From the NCBI GenBank assembly GCA_963675745.2, contig CAXXWX010000012.1, positions 1 through 64,000 of the forward strand: a DNA stretch of 64,000 nucleotides, in the 5' to 3' direction. Shown in pieces: positions 40,172 to 52,187 of this stretch (positions are counted from its first letter, which is position 1; the number at the start of each line of letters is the position of its first letter). Source of the DNA: Phycisphaerae bacterium (lineage in GTDB: Bacteria > Planctomycetota > Phycisphaerae > UBA1845 > Fen-1342). Below the pieces are notes generated by a model. That model was not told where the DNA came from, did not search any database, and saw only the letters and a program-made list of their open reading frames with translations. The translations under genes and the position numbers were made by a program.

Positions 40172-42967
40172 ATGCAGAAGTCGCGCAAGTTGTGGCCGTG
40201 GGTGTGGGTCGCCGCGTTGGGCGGCGTTGTTTGTGCTGTGGCGTGGGCCGGGAATATTCGCCATGACGACATCGACGGCGATCCCGATAACGATCCGGAC
40301 TTCAATGAGTTCTACAACTTGGCCGCCGATCGTGACTTCGATGCTGCCGGGGCCGTTGTGTCCGAGACCGACGGCCAGGCGACACTCCTCGCTGGGTCTG
40401 GCACGCTCATTCAGCCGGAATGGGTGCTGACCGCAGCCCACGTGGCAAACGGGCTGAGCCTGAATACCGCATTCTCGCTTGGGGGGACAACATTCCAAGA
40501 TGGAATGTTGTACGAGGTCTCCGGCTATATTCTGCCCCCGACTTATGATCCCAGCGGCGCTGGGTGCCCCGTGGGCCCAAGCGGCCCCACCACCGGCTGC
40601 CACGGAGATGACATTGCGCTCCTCCGACTGCGGCAGGTTGTGAGTGGGGTCGCTCCGGCGACCCTTCCCACATGGCCTGCAACTGGGCTGCTAGACTACA
40701 CCGTGACGATCACCGGCCTCGGCGACCGCGGAACGGGTTTGAATCCCAACACCTTGGTCAGCGGAACGAGGATCGCGGGCACGAACACAATTGACGCCCG
40801 CGGTAGCGATGTTGGCGGTATCGATCCCAACGTGGCTGGCTGGTCATCGAACATCTTTGTAGTCGACTTTGACGACCCCAACGGCGTTTTTCCGAACCGT
40901 TGTGGCTCGTCAACGCCGGTGAGCTACGAGTACCTGTCGGCGAGGGGTGACAGTGGCGGTGGCTGGTACTGCCGCTACTACGACAACGGCTGGAAACTGG
41001 AACTGGTTGCTGTGACGTCTTTCGAGTACGGCCCCCAGGGATCAGTTCCTCACGGCGGCTACGGCTGTCTCGCCTTGGGCACGTCAGTGCCAGCTCACAG
41101 GGATTCGTGGATCAGTCCACTGCTCGGGGAGGATCTCGAGTGGAAGTGGGTCGGCGGCTCTGGATCCGATTACGATGATCGGCTGAACTGGAACGTCTCC
41201 CTTGCTGATCCCAACTTGGGGACATTCGTGGTCCTACGACTGCCGGGCGAACCAGACAGCATCGTCTTCGACCGGCCCGAAGCGTACACGGTCTCGCTGC
41301 CAAGCGCTGCCATGGTTAGGGAGATGAGCATTGAGGGTGGCAGTGACGTCACGCTCGATGGCACGTTCGGCTACACGATCACTGACTTGGCAGCCCTGTC
41401 CAACGGCGGCGTTCTTCATCTCGATGCAGGAGCGACGATCAATGCGGGCGAGCTGCGCGTCGGCGAGTATGGGGTCGGCACTTTGAGCCAGAGCGGTGGA
41501 ATCGTCACGATTGAGAATAGCCTCCACATCGGCGTCAATTGCGGAGCCGACGGGACGTACAACCTTGCCGGCGGAACCCTGGTCGCTGACACGATCAACA
41601 TCGCATTCAACGGCCAAGGAGAGCTGAACTGGACAGACGGGACAATTCTGCCCTTCACTCCCGGCGGCACCGTCACGGTCAACGTCTGGTCACCCAACGG
41701 CAGCGTCAACATCGCCGATGGACTGACCTTCGACGGCGTCGTGAACGAGCTGTCGGCGGAAGATGTCGATAGTGACGGCGTGATCGACGATTGCGACGAG
41801 TGCCCGGATACGCTTCCAGGCGTCGCAGTCGACGAGGTCGGATGCCCGCCGCCCACCCCCGGCGATGCGGACCAGGACGGTGACATCGACCTGCGCGATA
41901 TCCAGCAGTTCCAGCAGTGCTTCGATACCGATCCATCGGGCGGGTGCCCGGATGCCGTCGATGTCGACGGCGACGGTGACGTGGATCTGGATGATTGGGA
42001 CGAGCTGGCCCCGATTATCGAAGGTCCGGGCAGCCAAGCGCCGCCTGCCAATATGGTCTTGGTCCCTGGTGGTTCATTCCTGATGGGCGATAGCTTCGAC
42101 GACGAGGGCCACGATGATGAGCTGCCGGTCCATGCGGTCTATCTGAGCCCGTACTACATCGGCACTTGCGAGGTGACCAATCAGCAATACTGTGACGGGC
42201 TGAATTGGGCCTACGGTCAAGGGCTGATCCAGAATCCGGATCTTCACGGCGGTGTGGTGTATAAGATCGGGGGAACGAGCACGTGCTATTGCGACACGAC
42301 GAGTTCGTCTTCGTACAGCCGGGTCACATGGAACGACAGCAGCTTCGGTGTGGTTGCGGGCGAGGAGAACCACCCTGTGGTGATGGTGACCTGGTACGGT
42401 GCGGCGGCGTACTGCAACTGGCGCAGCAGCATGGAAGACCGCACGTCGTGCTACGACACGAGCACATGGACGTGTAACTTCGGCGCGACCGGCTACCGTT
42501 TGTCGACTGAGGCCGAGTGGGAGAAGGCAGCCCGGGGCGGACTAAGCGGGCAGCGCTTCCCGTGGGGCGACATCATCAACCATAGCCGCGCCAACTACAG
42601 AGCCTGTGGCGCCTGTGCCTACCCGTATGACGATAGCCCGTACACGAGTTACACGTTTCATCCCGATTTCGACGACGGCGAGTATCCGTACACCGGCCCG
42701 GTGGGGTATTTCCCCCCGAATGGCTACGGCGTGTACGACGCGTCCGGCAACATCTGGGAGTGGTGTAATGACTGGTTCTTGAGTACATACTACGCGGGCT
42801 CGCCGAGTTCGAACCCGACCGGTCCCACGGGTGGGTCACGCCGCATTCTGCGCGGCGGCAGTTGGATCGACGTCGCAAGGGAATGCCGCGTGGCAGACCG
42901 CGGTAATTACCCGCCCGACGAACGCTACAACTACCTCGGGTTTCGCTGCGTGGTGGGTAATCCGTGA
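40172..42967 (+). CDS. Secreted multidomain protein: trypsin-like protease, beta-rich repeats, Ca-binding/dockerin-like segment and FGE-sulfatase (SUMF1) domain
   Basis: Catalytic triad WVLTAAH / DDIALLRL / GDSGGG; DVDSDGVIDDCDECP, GDADQDGDIDLRD; FLMGD, RLSTEAEWEKAARGG, GNIWEWCND, RGGSW, GFRC. Confidence 0.88.
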   Translation: MQKSRKLWPWVWVAALGGVVCAVAWAGNIRHDDIDGDPDNDPDFNEFYNLAADRDFDAAGAVVSETDGQATLLAGSGTLIQPEWVLTAAHVANGLSLNTAFSLGGTTFQDGMLYEVSGYILPPTYDPSGAGCPVGPSGPTTGCHGDDIALLRLRQVVSGVAPATLPTWPATGLLDYTVTITGLGDRGTGLNPNTLVSGTRIAGTNTIDARGSDVGGIDPNVAGWSSNIFVVDFDDPNGVFPNRCGSSTPVSYEYLSARGDSGGGWYCRYYDNGWKLELVAVTSFEYGPQGSVPHGGYGCLALGTSVPAHRDSWISPLLGEDLEWKWVGGSGSDYDDRLNWNVSLADPNLGTFVVLRLPGEPDSIVFDRPEAYTVSLPSAAMVREMSIEGGSDVTLDGTFGYTITDLAALSNGGVLHLDAGATINAGELRVGEYGVGTLSQSGGIVTIENSLHIGVNCGADGTYNLAGGTLVADTINIAFNGQGELNWTDGTILPFTPGGTVTVNVWSPNGSVNIADGLTFDGVVNELSAEDVDSDGVIDDCDECPDTLPGVAVDEVGCPPPTPGDADQDGDIDLRDIQQFQQCFDTDPSGGCPDAVDVDGDGDVDLDDWDELAPIIEGPGSQAPPANMVLVPGGSFLMGDSFDDEGHDDELPVHAVYLSPYYIGTCEVTNQQYCDGLNWAYGQGLIQNPDLHGGVVYKIGGTSTCYCDTTSSSSYSRVTWNDSSFGVVAGEENHPVVMVTWYGAAAYCNWRSSMEDRTSCYDTSTWTCNFGATGYRLSTEAEWEKAARGGLSGQRFPWGDIINHSRANYRACGACAYPYDDSPYTSYTFHPDFDDGEYPYTGPVGYFPPNGYGVYDASGNIWEWCNDWFLSTYYAGSPSSNPTGPTGGSRRILRGGSWIDVARECRVADRGNYPPDERYNYLGFRCVVGNP

Positions 42968-43011
42968 ATTCACTGGGATGAATCGCCTTATGAAGTCGGG
43001 GCGGAGGTACA

Positions 43012-43446
43012 TCATCGACGATAGGAGCCCCTCCCGTAGCCAGCCCGTGCTGGGGCATAGCTCCCGTAACGTCGTCCAGCGTGGACGATCTTCTCAGCCA
43101 CGTGTCGGGGCCACGATCTGCCTTGAAGGTCTCGCGGATACAAAAACAGCGCGCGGGCCCCGTTGTTACTGTACGCCTGCTGCTTATGGCGTACGCCGTC
43201 CATGTACGTCGGTCGGTCGGGCATGCCGGTGTACTCGACGATCAGATTGCCGTATGTCGGCAACGTGAAGTCTGGGTGCCACACGCGAAACCTCCCACGA
43301 TCATAGATCACCGTAGGCATTTCGTAGAAGAAGGGAATTCCGTACCGGCCCAGCAGCCGTCCGACCTGCGCCTCTCCGCGGGAGCGGTATGGCGGCTCGT
43401 CCGGTCCCAGGCGGTCCTCAAGCCGCACCTTGGGTGGATAGTCCAC
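43012..43446 (-). CDS. Small PD-(D/E)xK/Vsr-like nuclease-fold protein
   Basis: RSRGEAQVGRLL...GIPFFYE...PDFTL...IVEYTGM...Y...K...Y. Confidence 0.6.
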   Translation of the reverse strand: MDYPPKVRLEDRLGPDEPPYRSRGEAQVGRLLGRYGIPFFYEMPTVIYDRGRFRVWHPDFTLPTYGNLIVEYTGMPDRPTYMDGVRHKQQAYSNNGARALFLYPRDLQGRSWPRHVAEKIVHAGRRYGSYAPARAGYGRGSYRR

Positions 43447-43608
43447 GCACGGGTCACCCAGTCCATCTGACGTATGGCCCTGGCGAGATCACTTCTCCTC
43501 GCTCCCGCCAAGTGTCTTTGCGAGATCCTCGGCGATCTTCCCGAGCTTCCGCTCTGTCTCTGCTGCCGCCCTGTTCAGCCGCTCCAGGTGCTGGTTATGT
43601 CCAGTTTT

Positions 43609-43635
43609 TGAATCCAATCGACGCTGCGCGACGAA
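43609..43635 (+). promoter_or_regulatory. Putative ECF promoter TGAATCCA-N15-CGAA (lipocalin unit)
   Basis: TGAATCCA ATCGACGCTGCGCGA CGAA, 43 bp before the lipocalin ATG. Confidence 0.75.
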
Positions 43636-43678
43636 CTCCCCCACAGGTCCAGATTACTTCTGGCATTAAGGAGACATC

Positions 43679-44242
43679 ATGTGCAGGAATACACGCCGCT
43701 GTGCCACGTTACTGTCGGTTCCGCTGCTAGCGCTCGTAACCGGGGGTTGCCCCGCCATAGATGAGGCGTTTTACCCACGACTTGAAACCGCTTCCGACGT
43801 GGATATCGAGCGTTACGCGGGCAAGTGGTACGAGATCGCCAGATACCCGGCCATTTTCCAGGAGGGTTGCGTCGATGTAACCGCCGAGTACACCGTGCTC
43901 GCGGACGGGGCTGTTCGTGTGGTGAATACATGCGGCTCAACCGACGGGAGTTCACGCGACATCGTCGGTACGGCGAGAGTGATCGACCCAACCACCAACG
44001 CGAAGCTGAGCGTTTCGTTCTTCGGACCGCTGTTTGGCGCTCCGTATTGGATTATTGAACTCGACGACGACTATCAGTATGCCGTCGTTGGCAACCCGAG
44101 CCGGGAGTTCCTCTGGATTCTCAGCCGCACGCCAGCGCTCGACGACACAACGCTCTCGGGGATCCTCGGGCGCCTGCCGGATTACGGCTATGACCCGGAC
44201 AGGCTCATCTGGACAGTCCAGAGCGAAGCCATGACTCCGTAG
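43679..44242 (+). CDS. blc: Bacterial lipocalin (Blc-like) lipoprotein
   Basis: Lipobox VTGGC; VDIERYAGKWYEIARYP, AKLSVSFF, YWIIELDDDYQYAVVG, LWILSRTP; AAGGAG RBS. Confidence 0.92.
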   Translation: MCRNTRRCATLLSVPLLALVTGGCPAIDEAFYPRLETASDVDIERYAGKWYEIARYPAIFQEGCVDVTAEYTVLADGAVRVVNTCGSTDGSSRDIVGTARVIDPTTNAKLSVSFFGPLFGAPYWIIELDDDYQYAVVGNPSREFLWILSRTPALDDTTLSGILGRLPDYGYDPDRLIWTVQSEAMTP

Positions 44243-44451
44243 CTCGGGCGCTCTGACGACCATCTGCTCCTTGTCGCCCCGGTGGCAGTGGCGACTCAGC
44301 GGTATGGCAAGCGCGTAGCGGGCGCCCGCAGGAGGGGCAGGCAGCCAATCATCCGCTACAATCACCGGTGCCGGCACCGTTGCCGGCCCTGGACAATCGG
44401 TTCTCGACCCGCTTCGGAATCCGGCGCTTACCCTGGGTTGGAACGCGCGCA

Positions 44452-45021
44452 ATGCCGCAAACCTTGCTCGAACGAGTCGCCTCCGGTGACGTGGCTGCCG
44501 TGCAACAGTGCATCGATCGCTACGGCGGGCTGGTCTGGTCGCTGGCGCGGCGGTTGGTGCCCCGCCGGGCTGACGCGGAAGACGCGGTCCAGGAAGTGTT
44601 CATCGCGTTGTGGAAGAGCGCGGAACGGTTCGACCCCGCGGTTGCCGAAGAGACGACATTCGTGGCGATGATCGCTCGTCGCCGACTCATCGATCGGCAA
44701 CGGCGTCTTGCGCGGCGCATCGAAGGTCGGCAGTCGGTGCCGATCGAGGATGTCCAGGTCGCGTCGACGGAGTCCGATCAAGACGGTGTGGATGTGTGCG
44801 ACGAGGCGGCCCGCGCCGCGCAAGCGGTGACTCAGCTACGGCCCGAGCAACAGAAAGTGCTGCGCCTGGCGGTGTATGATGGTTGGTCGCACCAGCGGAT
44901 CGCCGACCACTTGCAGATGCCCCTGGGTACCGTGAAGACGCACGTCAGGAGAGGTCTGGTGCGGGTGCGCGAGCTGCTGACGAGCTCCGGCGCCACGGCC
45001 GAACGGGAGGCGACATCATGA
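44452..45021 (+). CDS. ECF sigma factor (SigK/RpoE-like)
   Basis: LLERVASGD, DAEDAVQEVFIALWKSAERFD, IARRRLIDR, SHQRIADHLQMPLGTVKTHVRRGL. Confidence 0.93.
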   Translation: MPQTLLERVASGDVAAVQQCIDRYGGLVWSLARRLVPRRADAEDAVQEVFIALWKSAERFDPAVAEETTFVAMIARRRLIDRQRRLARRIEGRQSVPIEDVQVASTESDQDGVDVCDEAARAAQAVTQLRPEQQKVLRLAVYDGWSHQRIADHLQMPLGTVKTHVRRGLVRVRELLTSSGATAEREATS

Positions 45022-45263
45022 AGCGCCACCCCGGCCTGCCGCGTGACGAGCACATGCTACAACTCATGGCGGATCGTGCCACAGAGGGATTATCGCGCTG
45101 CGATGCGCTGGAGTTGGACAGGTACATGGCGCAGAACCCCGACGCCGATCGCGACGCGCTCGATTACGCCGCCGCGGCGGTCTGTCTGGCATTCGGCGCC
45201 GGGCGCGGCGAAGCCCTGCCGGATCGTGTACGCGACAGGGTGCTTTCGGCGGCCGCGCCGTAG
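45018..45263 (+). CDS. Short soluble anti-sigma-like protein (81 aa)
   Basis: GGGAGG RBS and ATGA overlap with the sigma gene; helical, LMADRATEGLS...ELDRY...LPDRVRDRVL resembles an anti-sigma N-terminal domain; no TM, no HxxxCxxC. Confidence 0.7.
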   Translation: MKRHPGLPRDEHMLQLMADRATEGLSRCDALELDRYMAQNPDADRDALDYAAAAVCLAFGAGRGEALPDRVRDRVLSAAAP

Positions 45264-45310
45264 TGCCGGCGGGTTTGCCTCCGCTGTGTTAAAGATGGGT
45301 AGGGTGTCCT

Positions 45311-46369
45311 GTGAACGAAACCGCAAAGCAGCTCAGCAACACGATCGAGTCGGTCTCGAAGGCCCTGGCCGAGTGGACGATAAACCGCCACATCGAGTCA
45401 GACCCCGCTCTACCCGAGCGCTACGGCACGACCTGGCGCGCGGACTGGACAGCCAACTTGCAGTCGCGCCTCGCTTATCTGGCCCAAGCCGTCGCAGTCA
45501 GAAGACCCGAGCTCTTTACGCAGATGATGGCCTGGACGGCGGAAGCCGCTCTGGCGCGCAGAGCGAAGCCTGACGATCTCCTGAACAGCCTGGAGCACAT
45601 GCGCGACGTGCTCGCCCAGGAACTGCCGCCGCCCGTCGCGAACACCGCGTCGGAGTATGTGGATCAGGCGCTTACCCGCCTGCGCAGCGCGGAAATTGAG
45701 TCCGCGGTGGCACTGAACCCGAGCGAGCCACACGGCAAGCTGTCGCTGCGCTACCTGGAAGCCGCGTTGGCCGGCGACCGCGGCAAAGCCTGTGGCCTCA
45801 TTATCGAACAGGCTCAAGCCGGCGTATCGGTGGCCGAGCTCTACGATCGGGTCTTGCTGCCGGCGCTGTCAGAAGTTGGCCGCATGTGGCACCGCGGCGA
45901 GATTTCCGTTGCTGACGAGCATTTCACCACCGCGACGACCCAGGTGCTGCTTGGCGAGCTCCGGTCCTATTTCCCGCAGCCCGAACCGCGCTCGGCAACC
46001 GTGGTGGCCGCCGCCGTGAGCGGGGATTTTCATGACAACGGTCTGCGTATGGCGGCGGATTGCCTCGAGATGGACGGCTGGCGCATCCTGTACCTCGGCG
46101 CGAACATGCCGGCTGACGACATCGTCGAGTTTCTCGATCAACACGCCGCCGACCTGCTGGCGCTATCGGTGAGCACATGTCTTCTCGTGTGCCGAGCCGG
46201 CGAGCTCATCGAGGTCGTGCGTGCCAATCACTCCAGCGACAAACTGAGGATCATCGTTGGCGGGGCGCCATTCGACCTGATTCCCGATCTGTGGGAAGAA
46301 CTTGGGGCGGACGGTTGCGCTCACAACACCACGCAGGCCGTCGAACTGGCGAACAAACTCATTCCGTAA
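45311..46369 (+). CDS. Cobalamin-binding protein with an N-terminal globin-like (photoglobin-type) domain; putative B12 photoreceptor
   Basis: W-x9-EH (WHRGEISVADEH), DFHDNG, YLGANMP, LALSVST, IIVGGA, LGADG; ~125-aa all-helical N-terminus (RYG...LAYLAQA...LF...W...L..SL); no HTH. Confidence 0.85.
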   Translation: MNETAKQLSNTIESVSKALAEWTINRHIESDPALPERYGTTWRADWTANLQSRLAYLAQAVAVRRPELFTQMMAWTAEAALARRAKPDDLLNSLEHMRDVLAQELPPPVANTASEYVDQALTRLRSAEIESAVALNPSEPHGKLSLRYLEAALAGDRGKACGLIIEQAQAGVSVAELYDRVLLPALSEVGRMWHRGEISVADEHFTTATTQVLLGELRSYFPQPEPRSATVVAAAVSGDFHDNGLRMAADCLEMDGWRILYLGANMPADDIVEFLDQHAADLLALSVSTCLLVCRAGELIEVVRANHSSDKLRIIVGGAPFDLIPDLWEELGADGCAHNTTQAVELANKLIP

Positions 46370-46475
46370 CGCGCCCCGCGGCGCGCCGGTAACGCACGCT
46401 CCACTTGACGCGGAGAAACTGCCGCCCCGCGCGGCGGTTGGCTGCGGTGTTGCCCGCAGTTTTTCTCCCAACTCC

Positions 46476-46502
46476 TGAATCCATCCGGCCCATCCGTGCG
46501 AA
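46476..46502 (+). promoter_or_regulatory. Putative ECF promoter TGAATCCA-N15-CGAA (fasciclin-DUF378 unit)
   Basis: TGAATCCA TCCGGCCCATCCGTG CGAA, 96 bp before the fasciclin ATG. Confidence 0.75.
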
Positions 46503-46598
46503 ATGCCAGTTGAGTGAGCCGAAGCTCGCTCGGAAATCGATGACCAAGACCGGTCGTGTGCGTCTACGACCACGATTAATTCGAAAGGAAGCTGAGAA

Positions 46599-47528
46599 AT
46601 GAAAGCCAAGAGATTTCTGAATCGAACCATGCTCGCCACGGCAGCCACGATCCTGATCGCGACGAGTTCCTACGCCCAGTGCAGCGCCGGCGCGAAGTCC
46701 GCAGAAAGCCAACATGACCTTGTCGACACGGCGGTTAACGCCGGCCAGTTCAAGACGCTTGTCGCCGCCGTCAAGGCCGCCGGGCTGGTGGATGTCCTCA
46801 AGAGCGATGGGCCTTTCACTGTTTTCGCTCCGACTGACGAGGCCTTCGCCAGACTGCCGGACGGCACGCTCGAAAGCCTGCTCAAGCCGGAGAACAAGGA
46901 CAAGCTGGCCGCGATTCTGACCTATCACGTCGCACCGGGGAAACTCAGCGCGAGTGACGTCACGCGGACGAGCGGAGCGGTCTCCGCCAACGGGCAATGG
47001 CTCGGATTCAAGTCGAGCGACGGTAAGGTCATGGTGGACAGCGCCACAGTGGTCGCGGCGGACATCAAGTGCGCAAACGGTGTGATTCACGTGATTGACC
47101 GGGTCGTGTTGCCCGAGCAGCAGAACATTGTGCAGGTCGCGGCCGGAGCCAAGACTTTCAACACGCTGCTGAAGGCCGCGACGAGCGCGGGTCTGGCCGG
47201 AGCCCTCCAGTCGGATGGACCATTCACCGTGTTTGCGCCCACCGACGAGGCCTTCGCCAAGCTGCCGGCTGGAACGCTGGAGAATCTGCTCAAGCCCGAG
47301 AACAAGCAGCAGCTCGCGACGATCATCAAGTACCACGTGATTCCGGGCCGCGTTTACTCGCCGGCCGCGATGAAGGCCAATGACGCCGGCACGCTGGCCG
47401 ACCAGAACGTACGTTTCACTCGTAAGGACAACGCGCTGTACGTCGACAAGGCCCGCATCGTCGCGACGGACATCGATGCATCCAACGGCGTGATCCACGT
47501 GATCAATGCGGTCATGATCCCCGGCTAA
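46599..47528 (+). CDS. Secreted tandem fasciclin (FAS1) protein
   Basis: Two copies of [13 protein letters not shown]...LLKPENK..L..I..YHV...NGVIHVI; signal peptide. Confidence 0.95.
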   Translation: MKAKRFLNRTMLATAATILIATSSYAQCSAGAKSAESQHDLVDTAVNAGQFKTLVAAVKAAGLVDVLKSDGPFTVFAPTDEAFARLPDGTLESLLKPENKDKLAAILTYHVAPGKLSASDVTRTSGAVSANGQWLGFKSSDGKVMVDSATVVAADIKCANGVIHVIDRVVLPEQQNIVQVAAGAKTFNTLLKAATSAGLAGALQSDGPFTVFAPTDEAFAKLPAGTLENLLKPENKQQLATIIKYHVIPGRVYSPAAMKANDAGTLADQNVRFTRKDNALYVDKARIVATDIDASNGVIHVINAVMIPG

Positions 47529-47585
47529 ACCAAAACTGAGTGCTTAAAGCGTCGAGACTATGGCGCTCGAATGAAGGAGTAAGTC

Positions 47586-47810
47586 ATGAAGACGATGGAT
47601 ATACTCGCCGCCGTCCTGTTGGTTGTCGGCGGTCTGAACTGGGGTCTCTGGGGTGCGTTTGAGTTCGATCTGGTGGCGGCTATCTTCGGTGGCAACACCG
47701 CCGTCCTGAGCAAGCTTGTCTATGTTGTCGTTGGCCTGGCGGCCGCCTACCAGGCGTTTGCACTCAAGGCCATCCAGCGGCGTTGGATCTGCGCTCCCGT
47801 CACCGCCTGA
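47586..47810 (+). CDS. DUF378 family small membrane protein
   Basis: LLVVGGLNWGL.G.F.FDLVAAIFG...VYVVVGLAA; AAGGAG RBS. Confidence 0.9.
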   Translation: MKTMDILAAVLLVVGGLNWGLWGAFEFDLVAAIFGGNTAVLSKLVYVVVGLAAAYQAFALKAIQRRWICAPVTA

Positions 47811-47876
47811 TAGCAGTCAGGAGCACCCGGCAGACTGAGAGCCGACCCGGGAGTATTCGAGTGCGGCTGGAAGTCA

Positions 47877-47909
47877 AAAACACCCTCGCCCCGGCGGCGA
47901 GGGTGTTTT
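47877..47909. terminator. Intrinsic terminator, potentially bidirectional
   Basis: AAAACACCCTCGCC-CCGGC-GGCGAGGGTGTTTT, a perfect inverted repeat. Confidence 0.8.
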
Positions 47910-48046
47910 CTGCCTGGGTCGAGTTGGTCGACGTGCCTACCACCAATTGGCAACGCTGGAACCCTGCCGGTTGCTGTCGTTCGATCCCGGGGGTCGAAAC
48001 TTCCCGCCGACTCGGCTGCGGGCATAACAAGAGAAAGGTCTGGCAA

Positions 48047-48781
48047 ATGAAACACTCACTCGTATCGATAGCATCGGTCTCGGTCCTGATCCTGGCGTTT
48101 GCGGCATCGGTTGCGCCAGCAACGCCGGCGGGCGGTGGGAAGTGTGAGCAGATGATTTTCAGCTTTGATAGTCCGCAAGATGTGGCGCCCTGGGTGGCTG
48201 TCAACGATAATGTGATGGGCGGTGTTTCGGATGGCCGTGTTCGGATGACCGACCATGCGACGCTGGAATTCTTCGGCTCAATATCACTGGAGAACAACGG
48301 CGGTTTTGCTTCGATCCGTTCCCGCCGTTCTGATGTGGATCTGTCGAGCTTCGATGGCCTGCTAATCCGCGTGCGCGGCGATGGACAGCGTTACGACTTG
48401 AACCTGAGAACGAACGTGCGAATCATGGCCGGCTCATACCGGGCCAAGTTCGAAACGAATGTGGATGCATGGCAGGAAGTCTATCTCCCATTTGCTGATT
48501 TCGAGCCGACGTCCTTTGGCCGCGTGCGCAGCGACCTGCCCGCACTCGATCCCAGCAAGATCCGCTCGTTTGGCTTCTTGATTGCGGACAAACAGGCTGG
48601 GTCATTCTCGCTTGAAGTCGACTGGATAAAAGCGGTGGTCTCCCCCGACAAACTGGACGCCCAAAGCAGCGCCGCGCTCCAGCCGGGCGGAGAATCGGCA
48701 GTGCGAAACTGGATCAAGTCAGCCATTTCTTACGGCGCGCCGCTGTACAACGCCGCTAGTGAAGTAGCTTCCGAATTGTAA
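48047..48781 (+). CDS. CIA30-family protein with signal peptide (C-terminus possibly truncated)
   Basis: WVAVNDNVMGGVS, SLENNGGFASIR, VRGDGQRY, LIADKQAGSFSLEVDWI. Confidence 0.9.
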   Translation: MKHSLVSIASVSVLILAFAASVAPATPAGGGKCEQMIFSFDSPQDVAPWVAVNDNVMGGVSDGRVRMTDHATLEFFGSISLENNGGFASIRSRRSDVDLSSFDGLLIRVRGDGQRYDLNLRTNVRIMAGSYRAKFETNVDAWQEVYLPFADFEPTSFGRVRSDLPALDPSKIRSFGFLIADKQAGSFSLEVDWIKAVVSPDKLDAQSSAALQPGGESAVRNWIKSAISYGAPLYNAASEVASEL

Positions 48782-48855
48782 TACTTCTCGCGAAACGGGC
48801 TTGCGCGGCTAGTAGAATGCCAAGGAGCACAATCTCTGCGACGGAGGAAACACCA

Positions 48856-52016
<3,161 letters not shown>

Positions 52017-52187
52017 TGAGCGGCCGTACCGATATCAAGCTCGCTCTATGCACGACGCCACGAACCGCGCGGCGAGGAGAAGACCTCGCGCCGTGAAAGA
52101 CGAGCCTCACAGTGGGGCGCCCCTTCCGGGCGCCCGCTGTGATCGATCGTGCGATGCACTTGCCTGTCTCAAAAGCGGAGATTCCAA

